NCBI GenBank assembly: GCA_020850475.1
Contig: JADZEO010000071.1
Coordinates: 19,712-83,711, forward strand
Length of the DNA: 64,000 nt
Source of the DNA: Bdellovibrionales bacterium
GTDB lineage: Bacteria; Bdellovibrionota; Bdellovibrionia; Bdellovibrionales; UBA1609
Direction of reading: 5' to 3'
Positions 1 through 7,805 of the stretch are shown piece by piece. The translations under genes and the position numbers were made by a program. Positions within the stretch are counted from its first letter, which is position 1. Each line of letters begins with the position of its first letter. Under the pieces are notes generated by a model, which searched no databases, was not told the origin of the DNA, and was given only the letters and a program-made list of their open reading frames with translations.

Positions 1-481
1 CCGGAAATGTGTAAAGATAAGAGGATATTTGATCTTCAGTAAGCTTACCCCTCTTAAGACGGATGAGATCGAAAATTGCCAAAAGCGAAATGTCGGAAAA
101 TACACTCTCGTCAACCTGGCGAGAATTCTCCGGCACCTTATTGGGCGCCGACGGAAAGTACTTTTCTGAGTTAAACTCTTCTTTGAGACGGTCTGAAAAA
201 AAACGCGTGGCCTTCTTATCTTTGTTTTGAATCAAGGTTAACAGAACTAGTCTTTCGGTGGCTCTTGGCGAGAGTTTTAGAAATTGGCTCATCTCTATGG
301 CCCGATCAACGGTAAAGCGCTTTCTGCCTTGGATAACATCATTGAGATATGAAGGGGGCCAGTTCAGCTTCTTTGCAAAAAATCGAAAACTAAGAGAACT
401 CTTCCTCGCTTTGTTGATTTTGTAAAAATCTCTGACGAAGTCTCGGATGGCGAAATATTGCGAAGGACTAGGACAATCCAT
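1..481 (-). CDS. TIGR02147/DUF4423-type putative HTH regulator (first ~160 aa; 3' end runs off the window)
   Basis: Absent from the ORF track because no stop codon lies in the window. My translation of the minus strand from the ATG at 481 gives MDCPSPSQYFAIRDFVRDFYKINKARKSSLSFRFFAKKLNWPPSYLNDVIQGRKRFTVDRAIEMSQFLKLSPRATERLVLLTL..., with no in-frame stop down to position 1. The pattern SFRxFAKK...PSYLxxVIxGxRxxT...L.L...E matches my recollection of the TIGR02147 paralogous family. Confidence 0.6.
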   Translation of the reverse strand, partial: MDCPSPSQYFAIRDFVRDFYKINKARKSSLSFRFFAKKLNWPPSYLNDVIQGRKRFTVDRAIEMSQFLKLSPRATERLVLLTLIQNKDKKATRFFSDRLKEEFNSEKYFPSAPNKVPENSRQVDESVFSDISLLAIFDLIRLKRGKLTEDQISSYLYTFP

Positions 482-526
482 ATTTTGTACTCCGATTGGG
501 GACAGTTCCCGTTCACTTGGTCTTTG

Positions 527-1012
527 ATGGTGAGCGTGTCCATGTCAAAGTTGAAGGATATGGACGACCCCGGTTCACAATCAAAGGTTCTGCTTCTACT
601 ATCTGGTGGAAAAGATTCTCGTCAATGCATATCTGTTTTGCAAAGCCGGGGATATCGTGTGTTGGCGCTCTGTATTTCTGGCAAACAAGGACTAGAAGAG
701 TCGGGGGCCAAGAGATCTGCGGGAGAATTTGGCTTAGAACTAGTCGTCTACAAATCCCGTTTTTTTGATGAACTTACGTGGAATCCAATGAAGCTCATAT
801 CACGAGATATCCTGATGGGAATAGTTGCGATCAAAACTTGTCAGCGACTGGGTATTCGGCAGCTTGCTACTGGAGTCAAGGATGAGGACCTCCAGCACGA
901 GCAGCTTTGGTGGTTAAGAATTTTCTTGAATTTGGGTCGCCAGGCCCTCGGCTTATTTCATATACGTCTCATATTCCCACTTATCGATGATGAGGTACTC
1001 CCCAGCCTTTGA
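527..1012 (+). CDS. small PP-loop (N-type ATP pyrophosphatase) family protein
   Basis: ORF 458..1012 carries the SGGKDS PP-loop motif (VLLLLSGGKDSRQ). The TTG at 458 overlaps the divergent gene's start, so the likely start is the ATG at 527 or 542. The GGTGA at 529-533 favours 542. The product is only about 155-160 aa. Confidence 0.55.
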   Translation: MVSVSMSKLKDMDDPGSQSKVLLLLSGGKDSRQCISVLQSRGYRVLALCISGKQGLEESGAKRSAGEFGLELVVYKSRFFDELTWNPMKLISRDILMGIVAIKTCQRLGIRQLATGVKDEDLQHEQLWWLRIFLNLGRQALGLFHIRLIFPLIDDEVLPSL

Positions 1013-1145
1013 GGCTATGCCGAAGAATTCGATGGGACCATCACGATTTTAAACGTTCCCTCGGCAGCGCTTCCCGTCGGCGATTATAGTCTCAGTGCTT
1101 AGGGACGGGGGGACTCTCTTCCAAAAATGAGTTCGAATCGGTGCG

Positions 1146-1646
1146 TTACTTGGAGCTTTCCTTGATAAAGCGGCTCAAGTAGTAGCGAACCAAATAATCA
1201 AGATTGATGACTTGTTCGTTGTACGTCCATTTGAGTTCGCCGAAGGCGCCCCACGCGGCTTTGAGCAAGTCTTCTTTACCACCGGCAGCCGGAACTTCGG
1301 ACTCTTGGCCGGGCATAAAGCTCGAACCAATTTGGTTAAAGCGAACGCCGATGAGACCCGGTTTGCGAAGTGAAAAAATCAACTTGTAGCCATTGCGAAA
1401 AAGCATGAAGTCGGATTTGGTCTTCGAGATCCCGTAAATCTTCACGGTGCCAACTGCGGAGCCCTTGAGTTGATTAAAAGCAGCGGCGCTTTCAACAAAG
1501 GCCGCTTTGAGATCATTCATGAACTCGATGGTGGCCATTTCCACATCGTTATGGGGATCAAATCCCGCCGTGAAGTCGACCACACCCGACTCCTCCATTT
1601 GCTGTTCCGCCAGCACCAAGTCTTTGATCCATTGCAACTTGTCCAT
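1146..1646 (-). CDS. hypothetical protein (166 aa)
   Basis: Longest ORF here, co-directional with ssb 72 nt upstream. No motif recognised. Confidence 0.55.
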   Translation of the reverse strand: MDKLQWIKDLVLAEQQMEESGVVDFTAGFDPHNDVEMATIEFMNDLKAAFVESAAAFNQLKGSAVGTVKIYGISKTKSDFMLFRNGYKLIFSLRKPGLIGVRFNQIGSSFMPGQESEVPAAGGKEDLLKAAWGAFGELKWTYNEQVINLDYLVRYYLSRFIKESSK

Positions 1647-1718
1647 GTCTCCCCCGACACAAAGCGAGGCGCATAAAGCTGCGCCACAGCATAATCATTT
1701 CGCGCACGGGGAGAAAAG

Positions 1719-2138
1719 TCAAGGTGCTGCTGGGACACAATCTTCATTTTCGGCCCATTCAGGACCAAACTCCGTCTCCTCATCGTCGTTTTCATCTGGC
1801 TGATTTTGTTTGAGTTCAATAAAACTCACCCGATTGGCCAGGACCGCGACCTGGCGAAAAGTCTGGCCATCTGCGTTTTGGGTGGATTGGGAGCTGAGGA
1901 GTCCTTCGATCGCCAATCGATCGCCCTTGTGGAGGCGTTGGTGGCAGAGGGTCGCTTGTCGGCCAAAGACCAGGACGCGGTGCCAATGGGTTTGCGGTTG
2001 CCACGATTGATCGGGACCTTTGCGGGCGTGGTGAGTGGCAAGATTCAGACGCAAGTATGATTTGCCGCTCTTGCTCGTCAGAGTTTCTGGCTCTGAACCC
2101 AGGTATCCCGAAAGGATGACGGTGTTGAGACTTTGCAT
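1719..2138 (-). CDS. ssb: single-stranded DNA-binding protein (OB fold) with atypical acidic tail
   Basis: MQSLNTVILSGYLGSEPE...THWHRVLVFGRQA...LHKGDRLAIEGLL...VAVLANRVSFIE matches the SSB OB-fold pattern. An acidic C-terminal region is present, but the terminal DDxIPF tip is not. Confidence 0.8.
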   Translation of the reverse strand: MQSLNTVILSGYLGSEPETLTSKSGKSYLRLNLATHHARKGPDQSWQPQTHWHRVLVFGRQATLCHQRLHKGDRLAIEGLLSSQSTQNADGQTFRQVAVLANRVSFIELKQNQPDENDDEETEFGPEWAENEDCVPAAP

Positions 2139-2295
2139 AACTTCTCCTTGAAAAGCGTGAATTCGGGTGAAGTCTGCAAGTGCTGAGCAATCGGCAAGCT
2201 AAAGTCACTCGGGACGCGGACTGACTTGCATCCGAGCTTCGAACACCGGGACTTGTGGGCGGCGTCATTAAAAGACTATCAAAGGTTTCGATAAT

Positions 2296-2323
2296 TTGAC
2301 TTTTGGACCTATTTTTCTAAAAT
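2296..2323 (+). promoter_or_regulatory. sigma70-like promoter for pal (TTGACT-N16-TAAAAT)
   Basis: TTGACT at 2296..2301, a 16-nt spacer, TAAAAT at 2318..2323. GAAGGAG RBS at 2336..2342 and ATG at 2350. Confidence 0.55.
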
Positions 2324-2349
2324 GAACCCCTAACCGAAGGAGTACCATT

Positions 2350-2856
2350 ATGTCTCGAATTTTCGCCTTAGTTTTTGTTGCCCTGACATTGGTATTTGGG
2401 GTGTCGTGCTCAAGCAAACAAAAGAAAGAAGAGACGACCACGACAGATGTCGGCGCCGATCCGAGCATTTCGGGACAAGCAATGTCTTTTGATCCGATGG
2501 GAAGTGATAGCGGCAAGATCAACGGCTTGGAGACGGTGAATTTTGATTATGACCAAGCGACGCTGACTGCGGCGGCTCGTAAAACCCTCGCCGGTAACGC
2601 CAATTGGATCAAAACCAACTCTGGGATGACCATCCAAGTGGAAGGCCATTGCGACGCTCGCGGTTCTATTGAGTACAATCTTTCCTTGGGTGAACGTCGG
2701 GCGAAAGCAGTTAAAAACTATTTGGTCAGTCTTGGAATCGATGCCAAGCGCATGACTATTATTAGTTACGGCAAAGAGAAACTCTTGGCGCAAGGTGATA
2801 GCGAAGGCGATCACGCCCGCAATCGCCGCGCAAATTTTGTTCCGCTTCCTCAATAA
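2350..2856 (+). CDS. pal: peptidoglycan-associated lipoprotein Pal (OmpA-like domain)
   Basis: Lipobox LVFGVSC. OmpA-family signature: FDYDQATL...IQVEGHCDARGSIEYNLSLGERRAKAV...ISYGKE...NRRANF. Confidence 0.9.
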   Translation: MSRIFALVFVALTLVFGVSCSSKQKKEETTTTDVGADPSISGQAMSFDPMGSDSGKINGLETVNFDYDQATLTAAARKTLAGNANWIKTNSGMTIQVEGHCDARGSIEYNLSLGERRAKAVKNYLVSLGIDAKRMTIISYGKEKLLAQGDSEGDHARNRRANFVPLPQ

Positions 2857-2877
2857 GGGGGAAGGGGGCCCACGCGA

Positions 2878-3201
2878 ATGGGGCATAGTATTTCCGTTCG
2901 AGCAATTCTGCTTGTCATTGTGTTGATATTTGGGGGCTGGCGCTGTGCAAGTGCGCCGCCCATCAATGAGTATACCATTGCCCGTACGGCACTGCAGGCG
3001 GCGCAGGATGTAGAGGCCGCTCGATATGCTTCAGGCTTTTGGCACAAAGCCGAGGAGTTTTACCGCAAAGGACAGGATGCCTATAAGGACAACGATTTCG
3101 CGGCGGCACGGGAGTATTTTGAGCGTGCCCGCGAGTTTGCGGAGAAGGCCGAGAATTCGGCACGCCTAAGAAAGTTTCAATCGGGAGAGGGATTTCCATG
3201 A
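2878..3201 (+). CDS. small periplasmic helical protein, DUF4398-like
   Basis: N-terminal hydrophobic signal, then an Ala/Glu-rich helical region (TALQAAQDVEAARYASGFWHKAEEFYRKGQ...AAAREYFERAREFAEKAE). Sits between pal and cpoB with an ATGA stop/start overlap. Confidence 0.55.
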   Translation: MGHSISVRAILLVIVLIFGGWRCASAPPINEYTIARTALQAAQDVEAARYASGFWHKAEEFYRKGQDAYKDNDFAAAREYFERAREFAEKAENSARLRKFQSGEGFP

Positions 3202-3875
3202 ACAGAATACTCTTTACAGTTTTGCTGGCTGCGGTGATGGGGATTTTTGCCTCAGGTTGTTTGCGTACCCGGGCGGATCTTCAAGATGCCGAGAACAAAA
3301 AAGAGATGAGCGACAAGCTCTCGACCTTGCAACAAACTGCGGCCCGCGATGAGGTCCGATTTCAAGATTATGATGAACAACTTCGTCATATGCGCGGCAG
3401 GGTCGAAACCCTCGAGCACAGCTTGGCGTTGGCCACCGAAGAAAAGGACAAACTGATAAAGGAAAAGGAAGCCACTAAAACTCAGACCGACGAGCGCCTC
3501 AAGCTTTACGAAGAAGCTCTCCGTAAACTGGAGTCTCAGGTCGGTAATTTGTCTCAAGAGTTAGAACAGGCGAAGAAGGCCAGTGCGGCGTCAGCCACCT
3601 CCAGCGGGTCGAGCGACAAAGGTAACTTTGGCTCGGCGGAAGATGCCTACGGCAAGAAAAACTGGAAGGCGGCGATTGTGGGATACCAAAAGTACCGCGA
3701 AGCGAATCCCACCGGTAAGAAGTACGGCGAGGCGACGCTCAAGATTGGCGTTTGTTTTCAAGAGCTGGGGATGAACTCCGATGCTCGCGCCTTCTTTGAC
3801 GAAGTTGTGGAAAAATTTCCCAAATCGGCGGAAGCCAAAGAGGCCAAGACCCGCTTGAAGTCCATCAAGAAGTAA
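3198..3875 (+). CDS. cpoB: Tol-Pal system protein CpoB/YbgF (coiled coil plus TPR)
   Basis: Signal/lipobox-like N-terminus, a long coiled coil, and a C-terminal TPR-like block (AEDAYGKKNWKAAIVGYQKYREANPTGKKYGEATLKIGVCFQELG...FPKSAEAKEA). Lies directly after pal. Confidence 0.8.
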   Translation: MNRILFTVLLAAVMGIFASGCLRTRADLQDAENKKEMSDKLSTLQQTAARDEVRFQDYDEQLRHMRGRVETLEHSLALATEEKDKLIKEKEATKTQTDERLKLYEEALRKLESQVGNLSQELEQAKKASAASATSSGSSDKGNFGSAEDAYGKKNWKAAIVGYQKYREANPTGKKYGEATLKIGVCFQELGMNSDARAFFDEVVEKFPKSAEAKEAKTRLKSIKK

Positions 3876-3921
3876 ATGGGTAGGCTCGCCTTTTGAGCCT
3901 GGGTGTGCTATCCCCAAACCC

Positions 3922-4989
3922 ATGGAAGGTACTGCCAAATTCGACCGAGTGCTGGCTATTGAAACGAGCTGTGACGACACCTCGGCGGCGGTGATTTCCG
4001 CTGATGGGTATGTCGAAGCGGTGTGTTCGGCCAACCAGGACTTAGCCCACGAGCCCTTTGGGGGAGTCGTTCCTGAAATCGCCAGCCGCAATCACACTCT
4101 CAATGTTTTGCCATTGATCGAAGAAACGCTGAAGCGTTCGGGGCGGTCGTGGAGTGATCTAGACGGAATTGCCGTGACCTCGCGACCCGGATTGGTGGGA
4201 TCTTTGCTGGTGGGTTTAGTAACGGCCAAGTCGTTGGCTCTGGCAAAGGGTTTACCCCTGGTTGCGGTCAATCACTTGGAGGGTCATTTACTCGCCGGCT
4301 TTTTGCGAGACGAGTCGTTTGCCGCGCCAGCGGAGTTTGGCTATCCCTATTTGGGGCTGGCGATTTCGGGTGGACACACGCATCTTTTTTTAGTGAAGGG
4401 TTTGGGAGACTACACGGTGCTTGGCCAGACAGTGGACGATGCCGCGGGCGAGGCCTTTGACAAGTTTGCGAAAATGGCGGGACTGGGCTTTCCGGGTGGT
4501 GTGCAAGTCGACAAGCTCTCCCGCGAAGGCGATCCGCAGAGCTACCAATTTCCGCGAGCCTTAATTCACGAAGACAATTTGAATTTTAGTTTCTCAGGAT
4601 TGAAGACTGCCGCGCAAAATCAGCTGCAGAAAATGACTTTGGCAGAGCGTAAGCAACAGCTGCCATCGCTCTGTGCCTCTTATCAAGAAGCCATTGTCGA
4701 GGTCTTGTTGCACAAATTGACAAAAGCGGTGGCATCGACCGGCGTGAGATGCGCCCTGCTGACCGGAGGCGTGAGTGCGAACTCGCGGCTGCGCGCCCAG
4801 GCTGAAGTGTGGGGCCGTACCCACGGAGTGACCGTCGTGGTCCCACCGCTACGCTATTGCACTGACAATGCGGCCATGATCGGCTTTGCGGGCATCCAGC
4901 GCTTGCGTCGCGGCGAGCGGGCCGCCGAAGATTTAGGCCCGAGTCCTCGACCCTATCCCGACGACTTTAAGTACTCGGACGAATTATGA
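3922..4989 (+). CDS. tsaD: tRNA N6-adenosine threonylcarbamoyltransferase TsaD
   Basis: VLAIETSCDDTSAAV..., VVPEIASRNH, AVNHLEGHL, LAISGGHTHL and CTDNAAMI are typical of the Kae1/TsaD family. Confidence 0.93.
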   Translation: MEGTAKFDRVLAIETSCDDTSAAVISADGYVEAVCSANQDLAHEPFGGVVPEIASRNHTLNVLPLIEETLKRSGRSWSDLDGIAVTSRPGLVGSLLVGLVTAKSLALAKGLPLVAVNHLEGHLLAGFLRDESFAAPAEFGYPYLGLAISGGHTHLFLVKGLGDYTVLGQTVDDAAGEAFDKFAKMAGLGFPGGVQVDKLSREGDPQSYQFPRALIHEDNLNFSFSGLKTAAQNQLQKMTLAERKQQLPSLCASYQEAIVEVLLHKLTKAVASTGVRCALLTGGVSANSRLRAQAEVWGRTHGVTVVVPPLRYCTDNAAMIGFAGIQRLRRGERAAEDLGPSPRPYPDDFKYSDEL

Positions 4990-5819
4990 GTCTCAAAGAG
5001 GAAATTCAATCGCGATTAAACGAATTGGGAGCGAGTCCAAAGCGTTCTCTTGGTCAGAATTTCCTCATCGATCCGCACGTGGTGGAAAAAATCATCGCGG
5101 CAGTGAACGACCTAAAGCCTCAAGCGTTGATCGAAATTGGCCCGGGAGCTGGTTCTCTCACCGTGAAGTTGCGCGACCTCGGCCACGAACTCCGTCTGAT
5201 CGAACTCGATCGTGATTTTGCAAAGTATTGGCAGACTCAAGGATGCACGGTCATCGAAGGCGATGCCCTTCAGTTGGATTGGACCGCTTTGGCCGTCGGT
5301 TCGGGAAGCGTGCTGGTTAGCAATCTGCCCTATCAGATTTCGAGTTCGCTGGTGATTGACCGTAGTCTGGGGCCGGCAGAAGTTGGGGCGATGGTATTGA
5401 TGTTTCAAAAGGAGGTTGCCCAGCGAATCGCGGCCAAACCTCGGGGAAAGGAATATGGCCTACTGAGTGTCGTGGCCCAACTGTTTTGGGAAATCAAAAC
5501 GGTGGTGGAGGCGGGCCCGCGGAGTTTTTGGCCGGCCCCCAAAGTCGCAAGTCGGGTGTTGGCGTTTCGGCGTCGAGCGGGAGCGCCCCTTGGGGAGGGG
5601 TTGAGCCTGTTGCGTTTTATCAAGGCGGCCTTTTCCCATCGCCGAAAGATTCTGTGGAAGAACCTGGCTAGCGAGTGTCAACGGTTTGGTGTAGAACAAG
5701 AGCAGGCGCTGAAGTGGGGCCAAGACCTAGGTCTAGGGCCGCAAGTCCGCGCCGAAGAACTTAAACCTCAGCAGTTTTACGAGCTGTACTTGGCCTTTAA
5801 TAGTCGGAAAGGAATCTGA
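4986..5819 (+). CDS. rsmA: 16S rRNA (adenine1518/1519-N6)-dimethyltransferase RsmA/KsgA
   Basis: LGQNFLID motif, IEIGPGAGSLT SAM-binding motif, SNLPYQISS. Overlaps the tsaD stop by 4 nt. Confidence 0.92.
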   Translation: MSLKEEIQSRLNELGASPKRSLGQNFLIDPHVVEKIIAAVNDLKPQALIEIGPGAGSLTVKLRDLGHELRLIELDRDFAKYWQTQGCTVIEGDALQLDWTALAVGSGSVLVSNLPYQISSSLVIDRSLGPAEVGAMVLMFQKEVAQRIAAKPRGKEYGLLSVVAQLFWEIKTVVEAGPRSFWPAPKVASRVLAFRRRAGAPLGEGLSLLRFIKAAFSHRRKILWKNLASECQRFGVEQEQALKWGQDLGLGPQVRAEELKPQQFYELYLAFNSRKGI

Positions 5820-5821
5820 GG

Positions 5822-6277
5822 ATGAGCGCCATCAAATTGATTGCGGATAACCGCAAGGCTCGATTTGATTATGACATCCTCGATACCTATGAGGCCGGCA
5901 TTGTTTTGATGGGTTCCGAGGTTAAGGCGCTAAGAGCGGGCCAGTGTACGCTCAAAGATGCTTACGTCGCCTTTCAAGGGCACGAAGCTTTTTTGCAAAA
6001 CTCCCATATCCCGATCTACAAACCGAGCAGCTACAACAACCACCATCCCGAGCGTTTGCGTAAATTGTTGTTGCACGAGGAGGAGCTCAACAAAATTGCA
6101 GCCGCGATTCAAGAAAAGGGGCTGTCGTGTGTGCCGCTTAAGATCTACTTTAAAAGGGGCAAGGTCAAAGTGGAGTTGGGTCTGGGGCGCGGTAAAAAGA
6201 AGCACGACAAGCGCGACTCGATTAAGAAGCGCGACGTGACCCGGGAGTTGCAGAAGTCGATGCGCCGCTCGCGGTAG
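5822..6277 (+). CDS. smpB: SsrA-binding protein SmpB
   Basis: IADNRKARFDYDILDTYEAGIVLMGSEVKALR...LLLHEEELNKI...PLKIYFKRGKVKVELGLGRGKKKHDKR is the canonical SmpB pattern. Confidence 0.93.
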   Translation: MSAIKLIADNRKARFDYDILDTYEAGIVLMGSEVKALRAGQCTLKDAYVAFQGHEAFLQNSHIPIYKPSSYNNHHPERLRKLLLHEEELNKIAAAIQEKGLSCVPLKIYFKRGKVKVELGLGRGKKKHDKRDSIKKRDVTRELQKSMRRSR

Positions 6278-6884
6278 GCGCCGACTTTGCCTTCTCGACA
6301 ACACCAAGCTGGCTCGATTTTTCTTCGATCATTTGCTTCCAAGCAAAATAGGCGTCGCGGTTACTGGAGTCGATATTGAGAGCATGCAACCGTTGCAAGT
6401 CTCTCTGCAGATTGGCTTGGTAGGAGCTAAAGAAGTAGTTGTAGGCCTCAACGAGGTCCTGGAATTCATCGTCGTCACGAACCTTGATCGGCTGTTGGCG
6501 CCAGTTACCGCGCGAAACCTGTTTGAGATGGTTGCGCAGTACTTTGAGCGGACCGACGATTCGCGAGGTCATCTTAAACCCCACAAAACCAAAAAATGTG
6601 ACGATGGACAAAAACGAACCAAGAGAAAAAGCCCGAATCCAAAATCTCTCCCGCTCGAGATGCTCGAGCATTTGTGGGGCTTGGGAGAAAGCGAGTTCAA
6701 AGAAGATGGTGTAGTTCTGCTCGAGGAAGTAATAAATCAAAACTAAGTTGAGCGCCGCTCCTAACGTGGCGGCGGCGAGAACCAACGAGATGTAACGGAC
6801 CTGAAACTCGCGGTCCAAAAAGTAAGATCCGCGACGGGTAAAGGTCGCAAGATGGGTGTGTTCCATGCCTTTGCTCAGCCACAT
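6222..6884 (-). CDS. two-TM membrane protein with cytoplasmic HAMP-like domain
   Basis: Two hydrophobic segments, then SRIVGPLKVLRNHLKQVSRGNW...KVRDDDEFQDLVEAYNYF (HAMP pattern). The last 56 nt overlap the convergent smpB 3' end. The start could instead be the ATG at 6866. Confidence 0.6.
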   Translation of the reverse strand: MWLSKGMEHTHLATFTRRGSYFLDREFQVRYISLVLAAATLGAALNLVLIYYFLEQNYTIFFELAFSQAPQMLEHLERERFWIRAFSLGSFLSIVTFFGFVGFKMTSRIVGPLKVLRNHLKQVSRGNWRQQPIKVRDDDEFQDLVEAYNYFFSSYQANLQRDLQRLHALNIDSSNRDAYFAWKQMIEEKSSQLGVVEKAKSAPTASGASTSATPGSRRAS

Positions 6885-6938
6885 AGCTCAATTGTATCCT
6901 CCGTTGTAAGTTACCTAAAGGTCTTCTATGATAGACCC

Positions 6939-7781
6939 ATGAACTTGCGGCAAAAGTCAGTCGGTAAAATCATCCCGTTCTCTGCTTTCGACGGAGGACT
7001 TTTTTGCCTAGTCGCTTTGGGACTGGGCCTCGGTCTGTCTGGGTGTGGTACGAGCGGGGGCGGTGGCTCCAGCGAGGTGCGCCCGTCCTTGGATGAAGAA
7101 ATTTCGCTCAAGGCCGACCGCTCCTCACTGGACGAACTCCGCAAAGATATTCCGCCCGAAAAGCAGGTGGAAAATGACGAAAAGGCTTTATTGCTGGAAC
7201 TGATGGGTCAGCTCAAGATGCATCCGAGCGAGGTGCGCACCAAGTGGGGTGATTTGGTCCGCAAGAAACGCGAAACTCATCGCAAGAACGTGCAAAAGTG
7301 GCGCGATGAGTTTAACAAAAACGAAACCAAGGCGCGCAATGAGTTTTTGGAAAAGGCCAAATCAGAGCGCGACGGTTTTCGCAAACAAAAGGTGGATCGC
7401 GACCGCACTCGCGATTTCTATGCGGAACAAGATCGCGTCCGCCGGGATTTTTTTGCTGACGAGAGGGATAAGCGTAAAGACTTTGAGTCTCAGGTGACGG
7501 CCCAGTCGAAAGAGTTCGACTCCTACATGCGAGAACGAGACAAAGAGTTTAACGAGCAACATCGTTTGTATTCGAAGCAGTGGGCAGACCGCGAAAAAGA
7601 AAAGCGCGAGGCCGAACAACTCAAGCGGCAACAACAGCAGCAGCAGAAGAAGCCCGTTCCGCCAGGAGCAGCCGCAGGGCCTACGCCTGCGGACTCTCAA
7701 TTAGCCAAAGATTTGGAAGAAATGAAGGGTGTACAAGGGTCGCCCTTAGGCACGGATACGCCTCCGGGCGACGGGAAGTGA
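6939..7781 (+). CDS. lipoprotein with highly charged tandem (D/E)F repeats
   Basis: ORF 6852..7781. The internal ATG at 6939 gives MNLRQKSVGKIIPFSAFDGGLFCLVALGLGLGLSGC (signal plus lipobox LSGC). The rest is K/R/D/E-rich with a polyQ run. Confidence 0.65.
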   Translation: MNLRQKSVGKIIPFSAFDGGLFCLVALGLGLGLSGCGTSGGGGSSEVRPSLDEEISLKADRSSLDELRKDIPPEKQVENDEKALLLELMGQLKMHPSEVRTKWGDLVRKKRETHRKNVQKWRDEFNKNETKARNEFLEKAKSERDGFRKQKVDRDRTRDFYAEQDRVRRDFFADERDKRKDFESQVTAQSKEFDSYMRERDKEFNEQHRLYSKQWADREKEKREAEQLKRQQQQQQKKPVPPGAAAGPTPADSQLAKDLEEMKGVQGSPLGTDTPPGDGK

Positions 7782-7805
7782 TCGAAACGATCACTTCGGT
7801 TTTTT
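7775..7805 (+). terminator. rho-independent terminator (10-bp stem, AAA loop, T6)
   Basis: gaagtgatcg-aaa-cgatcacttc followed by ggtttttt. It overlaps the stop codons of both convergent genes (TGA at 7779..7781, and tca at 7791..7793 on the minus strand). Confidence 0.7.

Noticed and set aside
458-526. N-terminal extension of the PP-loop ORF from the TTG at 458, and the alternate-frame ORF 496..768
   Set aside because: The extension overlaps the start of the divergent HTH gene and has no RBS. The 496..768 frame has no motifs and competes with the frame carrying SGGKDS.
2350-3875. pal-DUF4398-cpoB without tolQRAB upstream (ssb lies divergently instead)
   Set aside because: Split Tol-Pal loci are common, and pal has its own good promoter here. 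Noted but not unusual enough to flag.
5822-6277. Looked for a tmRNA (ssrA) gene next to smpB, and considered whether the 51.3-kb structured region is tmRNA
   Set aside because: There is no intergenic space near smpB. The 51.3-kb element has no tRNA-like acceptor or T-arm ends (no GGTTCGA...CCA) and no Ala-rich tag reading frame ending in LAA-stop.
7629-7646. CAA/CAG trinucleotide run
   Set aside because: It is in frame within the lipoprotein gene and encodes Q6. This is coding low complexity, not a regulatory or array-type repeat.
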